In this document: piece by piece, positions 39,770 through 53,022 of the stretch
How positions within the stretch are numbered: position 1 is the stretch's first letter
Layout of the letters: every line of letters begins with the position of its first letter
Assembly: GCA_951406725.2 (NCBI GenBank)
Contig: OX597816.1
Coordinates: 19,034,001-19,098,000 of the forward strand
Reading direction: 5' to 3'
Length of the DNA: 64,000 nucleotides
Origin: Octopus vulgaris
Taxonomy: Eukaryota
Position numbers and translations under genes: made by a program
Notes under the pieces: generated by a model
What the model saw: the letters and a program-made list of their open reading frames with translations, nothing else
Databases searched by the model: none
Told to the model about the DNA's origin: nothing

Positions 39770-40115
39770 GACAGTGAGACAATTTCTGCGACCACATCAA
39801 CCCAAATTTCTGGCCACCCCAGATTGAAAACCCGTTGATTATTATGTGAGGGGAGCAGTTGAGCGAGAAATCAACACAAGGACTTGTAACCCCAAAGATG
39901 AACTGAAGGTAAGTGAAGGTTGGTGAATGACAGCATTCACCAACTTAAAGACGAACACCGCCCAGAAGAGTTGCAGGAGATTTCGAAGTCGTCTGGTGGC
40001 CGTGGTTGAAGCGAATGGCGATATAATTGAATAAATTACTTTGTAGTATTTCAGGATATTTTTGTGTGAATATATCTACTAAAAAGAGTGGTCAGTGTAA
40101 TTTACAGTCTGGTGT
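39770..40115 (+). pseudogene. Tc1/mariner (maT/DD37D-like) transposase C-terminal fragment
   Basis: Remnant NFWPP..NP(L)DYYV.GAVERE..KDELK..CRRFRSRLVAVVEANGDIIE*. Confidence 0.65.
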
Positions 40116-40127
40116 AATTTAGATGAC

Positions 40128-40219
<92 letters not shown>

Positions 40220-40234
40220 CATATATATATATAC

Positions 40235-40267
<33 letters not shown>

Positions 40268-40280
40268 CTTATATATATAC

Positions 40281-40429
<149 letters not shown>

Positions 40430-41872
40430 CATTCTCACACACATCTATACACATAAAAGTACAGGTATTGTTATACAACTAATTTTCGTTTCAATTTTAG
40501 AATGAAATAGCATTATACAAACTCCTATACGGCTCAGTTGTTCTACCTTAATTTTCAACAGAGGAAAACTATTAGTAAAGTAATAATTCTTGAAACACAA
40601 AATTTGACTTTATGGAAACTGGTTTGAGCGATAGGTTTACGCCTTATTGTATTTTCTTTAATATGTTGTCAGACATTAAATGGTGGCTTCGACCGTAGAA
40701 AATACTTTAGGTTTCTAAAACAAATGTGAATAACAAAATGTTTTAAAAACACAAGCAACAATAAGTGAAATCATATAGAACAACTTCTGCTAACGAAGCA
40801 GAGCTTGGAAATGTTGAACGGAAATGAAGTATGACATTTCTTGCTCAAGCAAGAGTTTAATAACTACGGTATTGTTATGGGTGGCGGTAAATGTTCTTAG
40901 GTCTCTGTGACACCACAATGAAAATTTGTAGTTGTCAGAAAATTATGTTACTTGGGAAAAACTAAATTAAACCTGGTATATAATTTTCTTAATACTTTTA
41001 AAGAAATTGAATAACTTTAACCTTGATCGTCTGTTCATGACATTTTACCTCACAAATACTTATTGGAAAAATCACCAAGTAAATAATAATCTGCATTATA
41101 ATATAACCGGAAAAAATGTGATATTGAATTCTCAGACATAATTTTTAATATACCTTAAGAAAAGACTAAAGATGAAAATATGCAGGAACTGGGATCGTTC
41201 GTAATCCAGCGTGTGTTTTCCAATACTTTACCATAAGATGCTAGTGGATGCATTCAGGTTTCTTTCAAAAATTGAAATGATAAGTACTTGTAGTCATTAA
41301 GTGTTTGTGATCGAAAAATTAGGAAATATCAACTGTAATGAGTAATATTGGTTGCAAATAGCAATTAATAAGGGCAATGTCATTGAGTAAGAGTATTTCA
41401 CGAATGTATAATTTTAACATAAATGTTGTAACACGATAATATCGATTTTCAATTGAATTAAAGCTAAGGAAAAAAATTACAGAATGCAATTAGTTATTCG
41501 ATATGATTGCATGTTTCGAAATAGGTTCTTTGTATACCGGCTAGTAGTCAATGATATGTATGTTTGTGTGTGTACATGCCAGTGTGGTGTGTGTGCGTGT
41601 GTATGTGTATATATAATGTTCTTGGTGAGTATATGACAGTGAAGATTAGCAAAATATATTATTTTATTAACGGTACATTCATCAGAACGTATCCATAAGG
41701 TCTGTTGTATGATGTCCATAGCGATTGGATTAAAATGTTAATAAACACTATAATTACCGAGTTGTGCTTATTTCTTTACATATAGAATCATTTATTAGGG
41801 ATGCAACAAATTTACCAGGTAATAGTCGCATCGAGATTAATATATATATATATATGTGTGTGTGTGTGTTTA

Positions 41873-41924
<52 letters not shown>

Positions 41925-41925
<1 letters not shown>

Positions 41926-42180
41926 TGAGAAAGTTGGTGTGTGAAAGCACGTGGTTGAATATATAGAAAATAGGAAAAAGTGAAAAAACTACAGAAGGCT
42001 TGTTTTAAAAGGTTAAAAAATATATATTTGAGTCATTATGTCTGAAGAATGTTATAAATGTTTTTCATCGTATGAAGAAAAATTATAACATTCTTCAGAC
42101 ATAATGACTCAAATATATATTTTTTAACCTCTTAAAACAAGCCTTCTGTAGTTTTTTCACTTTTTACTATTTTATATATA
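41925..42180. repeat. Fold-back palindrome between (TA)n tracts
   Basis: ~110-bp arms at 41959-42068 and 42072-42180, nearly perfect; ~35-bp unpaired terminus. Confidence 0.85.
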
Positions 42181-42679
42181 TATATATATATTTGCGGAGT
42201 CGACGCAACAAGCAAACAGACAGCGTACAACTTATTGAGGCTCAGGAAATTGTAATACATCTTCAAACTTTCGAGCCTACATTCTTCTACATAACTGATG
42301 TATGTAGAGTTTGGAAAGTAAAGAGAAGAGAACGAGTCTAATTCAGGAAGACGTTCAATGAACTGAAGCGGAAAATGAAGTGATGGGTTGGAGGCGATGC
42401 TGTCAAGATAGAGAGTTGTAACTTCGCATATATGTGAATACGAGAAAGTACGCGTGTGTATTTGAAGCTGCGGTTCGCTTGTGGCTTTGTAAGTATGACC
42501 GCACGTGTGTGGGTGTAGGTGATCAAATACGCGGTTGTGTGTACAAAGCTAAATCTGCGTGTGTGCAAGGAGTTGCTTGTGAGCATGTGTATGTGTGTAT
42601 GTTTGTGTGGAAACGCGAAGTACTTATGTGCATGAAGCAATGTGTGGGTGCCTACACTGAGAGTATATATCATTTTCTA

Positions 42680-43047
42680 GACTAAGCACAACGCCCGAAA
42701 TTTTAGGGCAGGGGCCAGTCGATTAGATTGACCTCACTACGCAACTTGTACTTAATTTATCGATCCCGAAAAGATGAAAGGCAAATTCGATCTCGACGGA
42801 ATTCGAACTTAGGGAGTAAAGATAGACGAAATACTTATTTCTTTACGACCCAAAAGGGGCTACACACAGAGGGGACAACAAGGACAAACGGATTAAGTCG
42901 ATTATATCGACACCAGTACGTAACTGGTACTTATTTAATCGACCCGGAAAGGATGAAAGGCGAAGTCGACCTCGGCGGAATTTGAACTCAGAACGTAGCG
43001 GGAGACGAGATACCGCAAAGCATTTCGCCTGGCATGGTAACGTTTCA
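42680..43047 (-). mobile_element. SINE family B dimer
   Basis: Two cores; junction AGACGAAATACTTATTT at ~42824-42840. Confidence 0.85.
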
Positions 43048-43089
43048 TATTTCTTTTTTTTTCTAGTTAATTTTTGATAATTTTTTATT

Positions 43090-44202
43090 TATTTTCAGAT
43101 AATTAAAAATAATTGTCAATTTAAGAAAACCGAGCATTTTCGACAAGTTTCTAGGGCTGCAAATGCTGCTCGCGACATTTCTGCCGTGTTTGGAGAGGCT
43201 GAAAGATGACTGAAAGAACCGCTCGTGATTGGTATGTCAAGTTGAAAAATAGAAATTTTGACTTCAAAGACGTTCCTTATTCTGGTCATTCACCTGAATT
43301 CCATGAAGAGCGATTAAAACCACATTTGCAGAAAAAATCTCGACAAGCGACACGAGAACTGGCAGAGAAAATGGAATGCACCCACACTGCTATAGCGAAG
43401 CATCTTCACTGGATGTGAAAGGTTCAGAAGTATGGACCATGGGTTCCGTATGCTTAAAGTAACAACAACAAAAATCAACGACCCAGAATCTCCGTTGGTT
43501 TGCTTGTTCTTCACCGCTCAACTCACGGACACAGGTAACGATTTCTTTACCGAACCGTTACTGGTGACGGAAAATGGTGCCCGTACATCAATATGATGTA
43601 GCATAAAGAATGGCTTAGCCCCGGTAAACAAGCGACACCACGCGTGAAACAACATCTTCATCAGGAGAAAAATGATGTTGTGCGTATGGTGAGACTGGGA
43701 AACGATTATCCATTACGAATTGTTTGAACGGAACCAAACGGCCGATGCGAAACTCCATGTTCAACAGATGGAACAACTCAACACGACTATGCAAGAGAAT
43801 AGACCTAATCGGCAGCATGGAGTACTTCTGCTGCACGACAACGCCCGCGTTCATATCGGCAATATGACCAAGGAATCTATTCAAATGCCTGGCTTGGAAT
43901 TACTGCCACACCCGCAATACTTTCCTGATTTGGCACCAAAGGGTTTCCACCACTTTCGATCTCTTTCAAATGCTATGCGCGGAGTTACGTTCAATACTGA
44001 TGCAGAATTGAGAGCTTGTTTGGATAATTGTTTCGAGTTGAAATCGGGTAATTTCAACGAGTTATTGAAAATCTTGTTGAACGTTGGGAAAAAGTTGTAA
44101 GCAACGTGGATGAATACATTATTGATTTGCTAGTTACTTTTTATTAAAACTTTTAAACAATTAAAATTTAAATAAGCGGCGGAATTTAGTTTCCAGCCAA
44201 TA
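43090..44202 (+). pseudogene. Mariner (DD34D-type) transposase pseudogene with putative 3' TIR
   Basis: HTH region, VTGDGKW, LLHDNARVH and HPQYFPDLAP, with stops and frameshifts. TIR-like end ..GGAATTTAGTTTCCAGCCAA-TA; 5' TIR not seen. Confidence 0.85.
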
Positions 44203-44210
44203 CACACACT

Positions 44211-44243
<33 letters not shown>

Positions 44244-44269
44244 GTATATATATATATATATACATACAT

Positions 44270-44309
<40 letters not shown>

Positions 44310-44318
44310 GTATGAATG

Positions 44319-44365
<47 letters not shown>

Positions 44366-44452
44366 ATGTGTGTGTGTGTGTGCATGTGTGTAGTGTACAC
44401 ATATATATATGTTCGTGTGTCTGTGTGTGTGCTCGCACGCGCATATGTGTAT

Positions 44453-44652
44453 AAGAAAAGAGATGATATATGACCAATAGATTATCTTACGAACATCATT
44501 AGCTTACAGTTTTTTGAACTGCAACGCTCTGATGAAACCAAATTGCTACTCGTGCACTCAACTATGAGCCTACTGCACCTTCTAGCGGAAACTGCTGTAA
44601 GCTAATGAAGTTTATGAGATAATTGATTATTGCTTTGTCGTCTCTTTTCTTT
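44453..44652 (+). mobile_element. Palindromic element with hammerhead core
   Basis: Arms at 44453-44509 and 44596-44652; CTGATGA at 44529 and GAAAC-TGCT-GTA at 44588-44599. Confidence 0.5.
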
Positions 44653-45327
44653 TAACCTACTTACACTTCGTTCACTAACACACGTATATTATGTTCTACG
44701 GCTGGTCATTACTATTGCAATGCGTTCATTGATTATGGACATTGTGCAATACTGACATGACGCATCGATACTGTGTGTAATTTAAACATCTGTGCTGTAC
44801 GTTAGAGATAAGTGAAATTTTACTGGCTGTGTAACGGTAAATATCGTTAGGTGTATTTAGAATTTTTCGATAATACGCATAGGAAAATTTAAAACAAATA
44901 TGTAATAATTCTCCAATGGCGCATTACTTTGAAATATTGCTTCTAGAAACATAAGAAACCGATAAATGAGTGCCAGAATATTGCGAGGCCAATTCTAAGT
45001 AGCACTCAAAACACATCTTGTCAAACGTTAAGCCGTTGTTAGAACGAGAAAAAGTCATATCAGATACGACTTTTCGTTTCAGTATAATATATAAGTAATA
45101 CTATTGGAATTAATACGTATGAATTTCTTTGTTGAGAATCAGCCACCGGTTCACGCATTCTAACGTGTGAGATCAATTTTCTGACAGCATAAAATTTTAA
45201 ATGATTTGGGTGGATATATCAAGAGAAAGGATTGCAATGTTTCGATTTTTTCCCTTGATTAAATAAAATGTTTATCTTACGATACTTAACTGATTAGAAT
45301 CAGCATGAAAATTTACACTTCAATATT

Positions 45328-45392
<65 letters not shown>

Positions 45393-45699
45393 TTATTCCT
45401 TTCAGTCATTACACTGCAGTCATGCTGGAGAACCTCATACACACAAGCACGGTTGGCAAGCGGTGGTGGTGAATAATAATAGACACATAGACACACACTC
45501 ACACACACACGCACACACACACATATTTCTATATATATATGCATATATATGTTTAAATAAATACATATATATATGCATATATATATATATATAAATATGT
45601 GTGTCTATGTATATATATGCATACACACATGTATATATATATATATATACATACATGCATACATAATACATACACACGCACACACATATATATATATAT

Positions 45700-46050
45700 T
45701 ATATATAAAATCCGTTCTGTCTGTCTGTCTGTGTGTGTGTCTTCTAGGATCTCGGGCATCGTCCATCCAATTGCGCTCAAATTTGATATGTAGATACCGA
45801 TGGTATCATGGCGTGTAAAATTACAAAAATCGATTCTAGATGAGAATACTATCGATAAAGCCGTGGGAAATCGTTTTTATTTGGAATAGAAAAAATGCCT
45901 GTCGTTATATCTTCTTTTGTTGTTGTCTCAAATTTAGATTAAATCAGTGTTTCTCAAAGGGGAGACCTATGGACAAGTTGTTTTGAGAAAATTTGGTTTA
46001 AATGTTTGACAACTCAGCACCGTCCATTGCATAGGGTGCATTTTGCTCGT
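45700..46050 (+). mobile_element. Non-autonomous Helitron/HINE-like element
   Basis: TATAAAA..(CTGT)n start; 3' hairpin GCACC..GGTGC followed by CTCGT (CTAGT-like). Confidence 0.55.
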
Positions 46051-46648
<598 letters not shown>

Positions 46649-46786
46649 CGGAGATGTACTCGCATAGCAAGTAATTTGATCTGAGATCGTGTGCTGAAAC
46701 GAAAACAATTGCAGCGTGGAAGGTGTTTATAAGCCATTTAAGAAACACACAAAAGCAGTTCGATTCACTCCAACATTTAAGTTTAA

Positions 46787-46836
46787 TTTGTCAAAATATT
46801 TTCGTCGCTAAAATCCGCGACCTGTTCACTGACAAA
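46787..46836 (-). ncRNA. Variant (G3-C8) minimal hammerhead ribozyme motif, sense to the PLE transcript
   Basis: Minus strand TTTGTCA-GTGAACA-G-GTCGC-ggatttta-GCGAC-GAAA-A-TA-TTT-TGACAAA. Confidence 0.65.
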
Positions 46837-47826
46837 GTCCGTGCTGCATCTAAGAAAGTAACAGTTAGTTCGTCATATATATGTACGTATGTATGTGTGT
46901 ATGCATGCATACATGTGTGTATGTATGTACGTATGCATGTACGCACATACGCCTGTGTGTGCATGTATGTATGTATGTATGTATGTATGTATGTATGTAT
47001 GTACGTGTGTGTATAAGCACGCACATACACTCTATAAAACATAAAGTTATAAACCTGTAGCGATGGATGGATGTAGAGTGACCACTCATCACAACGCTAT
47101 CAAATTTCAACTCCCTACGGCCGAGGCTAGAAAGTGAATTTATGACGCTTGCTCACAAGAACTATACCCTAAAATCTATTATCAGATTTTTATCTCTATA
47201 TCACAGAACTAATGTTTTACTATTGTTCGTATGTATGTATGTATGTGTATGTATGTATGTATGTATGTATGTATGTATGTATGTATGTATGTATGTATGT
47301 ATGTATGTATGTGTGTATGTACATACGTACGCATGTGCGTATGTATGTATACGCGCTCGTATGCATGTGCCCAAATATGTGTGTGCGTACATGTACGTGC
47401 GTATGTACGTGTGTATGCCCATACGTAGGTATGTATGTATATTTGTATTCATGTGCTACGTATGTATGTGAGTGTCTAGGAGAATGGGTAGATGTGTCCG
47501 TGAGAGTGTGTACATGTGTATGTGTATGTGAACGTATGTCCGTGTACTGGCATGTGTCCGTCCAAGTTGTGTACATGACTGTTACTTTGCTGAAGGTTGT
47601 ATACATATTTACATATATGTTAGTATAGACGCACACACATATATACATATGTGTGTGGGTGTGTGTTTGTTCCTCTCATCATCGTCTAACCGTGAATGGA
47701 TACAACGCCTAGGTGCAACTGTTCGTATCAAACAACGTCTGCTCATACCGTTGTATATAACTGCACATACGCATTGCAACCTGTATGTAAAGACTACAGG
47801 TGAAAGGGAGAGAGATAGAGGGGTGG

Positions 47827-49794
47827 TTATAGAATAGTCCTTCTGAATGGGTTCTGGATGTTATTCCATTCGGACTTTCGGTTGAGAGTAGGTTTGTATT
47901 CTTGTATACAAACAGCTTCTGTGACCTGTCTCAACATTGCATCGGTGGGATGTGTTGATAGGATGTTCAACTTAAGCTCCCCTAAGGATCCCTTGTGGCA
48001 GTCTACAGCATGTTGGTAGAAGATGGAGTTTGGCTTCCTTTCAATGTAGTTGTCCAGGTGTTCTTTGAACCTATCATTGATGCTTCTAGAGGTCTCACCT
48101 ATGTATGACTCCGGGTTAGCCGCGCAAGCTCCCTCCTGGCACTTAATCTGGTATACAGTGCCCTTGGTTTTACAATTTACGTGTGGATTTGTCGAACACA
48201 CTGCACAATTACTCTGACAGGTGATTCTATCAAATGGATATGATCTGCATAATGCCGATTTGATAGTCCTACCTGTCTTTTCTACAACTTTAACTTTTAG
48301 GCCCGTAGTGCGCAGGACTTTCTTGAATGCCTTACTTAGCTCGTTCTTAGGTGTGGCGTCAACGAACATCACTCCGTGAAATCTCCTGTTATCGTACCAA
48401 GTAACGTTTCTCATCTTTTTGTTGGTGTCCCTCTCTAACCTATTCCAGAACTTGTTGCGGTACAGGGGGCATATACCGTTTTCGTCGTTCCCTAGAATGC
48501 GTTCGAATCTAGCTTTCGCTCCTTTGTACACCCTGACTCTATCGTCTTGTCTGTATCCGGAGCGTTGCATTCGGAATATGTAGTGCTGGATGTGTTGTTG
48601 TCGTTCTTGTGGTTGGCATAGTGGTGATACATTCCTCATTACTCTAACTAAGTCTGCCACTAGGATGTTGAGTTTGGCAGTATCCGACATAGCTGAGTCA
48701 CTACGGATTACTAGTGGATTAGCCATCGGTTTCTGATAGGGTGAGTGGAGTATACATGGTTTAATGTTACCATTAACCATAGCGTCTTCCATCCATAGCT
48801 TAGTATCTAGGACGGGTAATCGTTTACTGGGATGTTTAGAGGGGTAGTCTATGGTAAGTTTTATACTGCTGTGGATAGAGTCAGCTATGTGTTGTATAGA
48901 TGTCATCACCTGTTCTTCACTTGGTAGAGGGCACATAACTGTGTCTGTATTACATTTCACAACAAGGTTAATGTCGTCGACGTAACGAGAGTACATAGCA
49001 AAGTGGATGTTACGGTTTGCTAGGCACTGTTTAAAACGCTTGTCCCACCATACCATGAAGAGTTTAGCAACGTCACCGGCGATCCCCACTCCAATAGCAC
49101 CGCCTTTCGTTTGCTTATACAGTTTGTTGTCAAATTTAAAAATATGTGTTTTTAGCGTAAATCTCAGGCTGACACCGATAGCATGTGCGATGGTGGTTCT
49201 AATATCGTGTGCACTTGAGGGTGGGTAGTCCGGCTTTGTCCATCCCTGCCAACGCTCACAGTGAGTCTTCCTGTAAGCCGAGGTAATGGTAGGTGGTCTA
49301 CCGCGTTTGTTACGGGTGGGACAAGCATATAGAAGGTTATTGCGCGACAGGTATTCATTGGTACACGTCAGGGCCAGGAAGAGCCCTAGTTCATATACAT
49401 CCACATTCTTAAATATCATACCACTCTCACTAACTATTTCTATACATTTATCGACAGCAAAGTCTATATCGATGGAGGGGTATAGTGATACCACATCCAT
49501 GCTACCCACGATGTGGTTCTTGAGGTCACACGTGTTGTTGCATTCGCGGATCCTGCTAAGGGGGTCCTCAGTACTGTCACATACATCCGCAGATAGTTCT
49601 ATTAACGGTCGTAGGAATTGTGAGAGAAAGTATGATATTTTGTGGTTGTTTGCATTGTTGGCACCACAAACGGGTCGGGTGGGTGGCCCAAGTATATGGT
49701 CCGTGTGGCTCTTGTGATCTTTGCGAAGGTCATATAGGGGTGGGATTTCGTTGTTGGTGGTTAAGAAGTTGTTAGCTGTGCGCTTCTCCGACCG
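47827..49794 (-). CDS. Penelope-like RT + GIY-YIG endonuclease polyprotein (5'-truncated, uninterrupted)
   Basis: The frame is open upstream of the track start (PPLYDLRKDHK..PTRPVCG). Motifs: SMDVVSLYPSI, QTKGGAIG, YSRYVDD, LPVLD, Cys linker CQSNCAVC..C, VYQIKC..YIGETSRSINDRFKEH..E..PTLN. Confidence 0.92.
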   Translation of the reverse strand, partial: RSEKRTANNFLTTNNEIPPLYDLRKDHKSHTDHILGPPTRPVCGANNANNHKISYFLSQFLRPLIELSADVCDSTEDPLSRIRECNNTCDLKNHIVGSMDVVSLYPSIDIDFAVDKCIEIVSESGMIFKNVDVYELGLFLALTCTNEYLSRNNLLYACPTRNKRGRPPTITSAYRKTHCERWQGWTKPDYPPSSAHDIRTTIAHAIGVSLRFTLKTHIFKFDNKLYKQTKGGAIGVGIAGDVAKLFMVWWDKRFKQCLANRNIHFAMYSRYVDDINLVVKCNTDTVMCPLPSEEQVMTSIQHIADSIHSSIKLTIDYPSKHPSKRLPVLDTKLWMEDAMVNGNIKPCILHSPYQKPMANPLVIRSDSAMSDTAKLNILVADLVRVMRNVSPLCQPQERQQHIQHYIFRMQRSGYRQDDRVRVYKGAKARFERILGNDENGICPLYRNKFWNRLERDTNKKMRNVTWYDNRRFHGVMFVDATPKNELSKAFKKVLRTTGLKVKVVEKTGRTIKSALCRSYPFDRITCQSNCAVCSTNPHVNCKTKGTVYQIKCQEGACAANPESYIGETSRSINDRFKEHLDNYIERKPNSIFYQHAVDCHKGSLGELKLNILSTHPTDAMLRQVTEAVCIQEYKPTLNRKSEWNNIQNPFRRTIL

Positions 49795-50087
49795 TAGCCT
49801 CGGCCGTAGGGAGTTGAAATTTGATAGCGTTGTGATGAGTGGTCACTCTACATCCATCCATCGCTACAGGTTTATAACTTTATGTTTTATAGAGTGTATG
49901 TGCGTGCTTATACACACACGTACATATATACATACATACATACATACATACATACATACATGCACACACAGGCGTATGTGCGTACATGCATACGTACATA
50001 CATACACACATGTATGCATACATACACACATACATACGTACATATATATGACGAACTAACTGTTACTTTCTCAGATGCAGCACGGAC

Positions 50088-50137
50088 TTTGTCAGTGAAC
50101 AGGTCGCGGATTTTAGCGACGAAAATATTTTGACAAA
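50088..50137 (+). ncRNA. Variant (G3-C8) minimal hammerhead ribozyme motif in the inverted terminus
   Basis: Stem I 50088-50094/50131-50137; core GTGAACA 50095-50101; stem II 50103-50107/50116-50120; GAAA 50121-50124. Confidence 0.65.
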
Positions 50138-52216
50138 TTAAACTTAAATGTTGGAGTGAATCGAACGGCTTTTGTGTGTTTCTTAAATGGCTTTTAAACA
50201 CATTCCACGCTGCAATTGTATATATATATAGATATATATATATAGATAGATATATAGATATATATGTATATATATATATGCGTATATGCATGTGTGTGTG
50301 TGTGTGCGTAGAGATATATGTATACATATGTAGTCATATACATATAGTCGCTTAAATGCTTATATGAATATCATTGCACAATTTTACGTATATTGTGTAT
50401 TCTTGAATATAAATTTCCCTCATATAGTTATTAAGGCGAGCTAAATGATATATCATAAAATGGAATAGATCAATGATTGTTGTGATAAATATACATACTT
50501 ACATAACTCCGATAAAATTGCAAAAACGTCTATTGTACATTGCAGAGCCCAATGAACGTACTTTTGAAGTTGTTTTATATCCAAGTAACAGTAAAATTTG
50601 CATACCTACAATGGTTTTCATACACACTCAAAGACACACACATGCACACGTACAGCCAGGGACACATTTTGGCATACTCAGCTCACCCCACATACAGAGG
50701 CACACTCAGGTACACACACAGGAAATTAATTTATGTGATGCCATTATAACATTCAAGGAGGCACCCAGGTAATTGTTCTCGCTCCGAAAGTGACTTGATT
50801 TACGCCTTCAGACATACGTCAATTTCTAACAGTGGGAAAACTGAAACCAGAAAATCCTCCGCTTTTGGTTATTTGAAACCCCGAAACATTCTCGCTTAGC
50901 ATACAGAATTTGCCTACCTATCTTCTGTTATTCACTGTTTTGTACAGCAGATCATGCAGTAAATACTTGGGCTTAGAAGTCCTCTATGACAGAGAGCCTC
51001 TCTGGTGCCAGTGTGATTTTTATATGCTCCATGCAAAAGAAGTTAACGAATGTCAGCGCATTAATCTCAACTGTTATTAAACTCCAGTTGGATACGTGGT
51101 GCGCTGTATCATAAAAGTAAATTATGAAACCTCAATATATATATAATATAGAGTAATGCTGACAGTCGCTTTTGCAGCAATTGAACAAAAATCAATATTT
51201 AGTTTTTAATGGAAATATCCGCGCTTCAATAGATATAAATTGGATAAAAAACCGAAAAAAGCTTTAAAATGCGATGTTGATACCTGCATATATGAAATTA
51301 GTTGTAAGCAATTAATAGAGAAATTAAATTTGTTACGCTGATATCTATTTCTAGAGTGGGTCCCATGATTTATATTCTAAATGTAACATGATGGGAATGG
51401 ATCAAAGGAACATGCAATTAAGTAGAACTGATCTAAATGTGGATTTTGATTAGCTACTCCTCTCACGTATGTTTATTGTATTATACACACAGGTATTATT
51501 AAAAGCTGAAAGTTCTTCATCATACACTGATATTCTTCGCTCAATCGAGTGAATTGGAAAGTAGCGCTAACATGTAAAAGGAAAATATTAATAAGCATTT
51601 CAAAATAGGATTCGTTGTAAGTACTCAGAATATGTATTCTTTTGGGATTAGACAAAATGATTACAAAACTTATGTTGCAGATTTATCAAGCCATTTGTTA
51701 CGTACAGAAACCATGATGTCTTCGCGAATTCCACATTTTAGTCTGAAAACCATTCATATGATAAAAATTGTTGTCTCAAATACTGTCTTTCATGAAATTA
51801 TAAATCCACTTACAAGGAGGGAAATTAAAGGGTTTGTTACTTATAAATCCACATATAAGGGTTTGTTATTTATATAATCGTATAAATAATGAATTCTCTC
51901 CCTATTGACACAATGACTGAAATATCGAGGTTACGAATGCAGTTGACGGGTTTGAACCAACTGCTCAACGGGGTGATCAACTCTGAAACGATAAAAAGGC
52001 AAGGTTGATGTTACTGGAATTTGTATTCAGAACGCAAAGAATCAGAAGAAACGAAGGTTTTACATATTGTATATTTTTTTCTTGTCAGTATATGTGTGAA
52101 TAATCATATCTATATACTTACATAGTTACATATATATATGTATGTTTGTATGTATGTATTGTATACATACATATTTGTTTTTATATATATTTGTTTATAT
52201 AAATATACATATATAG

Positions 52217-52260
<44 letters not shown>

Positions 52261-53022
52261 TATATTTATATATATATATTTATGTATATACATAAACGTG
52301 TGGGTGTGTGGGTGTATGTGTGTGTGCGTGCGTATAATCTGACGAAAAGATCTTTAAGCTATTTGATTGATTATGGAAGCTTAATGAAATACCAGAAATA
52401 TCAATAACTGTTTTTAAAACTTTTTTATTGATTTTTACCGTTTAGTCAGAGTACATGTACTTACAACTCTTGTCGCTGCAGCCTTCGGACATAAGAATTT
52501 AAAGCCATTGAAAAGATATCTAATCGCACCTTGTAAGACCCTTTACTATTTCTACCAGTATATCTCTCAGAATAGGTAGTGAATAACTTAGAAAAATACA
52601 AGAAGTAAATTTTATATCATGTTGACAACTCACTGTACAAATGGCTCATAGTATGCCATACAACATTCTTATGAGACATTCTAGTGGCCTGAACTCTTTA
52701 CATGAACACCACCCTGTACTTAACTCCATGTCCCCCTACATGACCTTGCTTTTTGCTTTTGAGCCAAAAAACTAACTAACTAACTAACTAACTACTTAAT
52801 TGTCTCTAAAATGGGGCGAGTAAAAGTCACTTACGATCTTGAGAAAATGACTGTATTGGCGTGGGTGACTATAGACCACTTGACAGTTTACGGAGTTGAA
52901 TCAATCTTTAGTTTATTGGTAAGCTGGGGTAACGTCGCGCTGCTTGATGTTGTTTGGGACTTGAAACCGGATTAGTGGTTGTTCACTCTAGCTTTGAAGG
53001 TGGATCTAAATGAGACGATGTG

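Larger units (their letters stand above)
46646..50218 (-). mobile_element. 5'-truncated Penelope-like element with inverted terminal repeat, inserted in (TA)n
   Basis: RT-GIY-YIG ORF; ~1.2-kb 3' UTR. 46706-47129 is inverted at 49795-50218. 60-bp unique tail at 46646-46705; TA tracts on both sides. Confidence 0.9.

Noticed and set aside
49007-49717. Plus-strand ORFs overlapping the PLE
   Set aside because: They are antisense shadows of the RT frame.
49843-49845. In-frame TGA upstream of the PLE ORF as a possible selenocysteine codon
   Set aside because: It lies inside the inverted 3'-UTR copy, not in native coding sequence.
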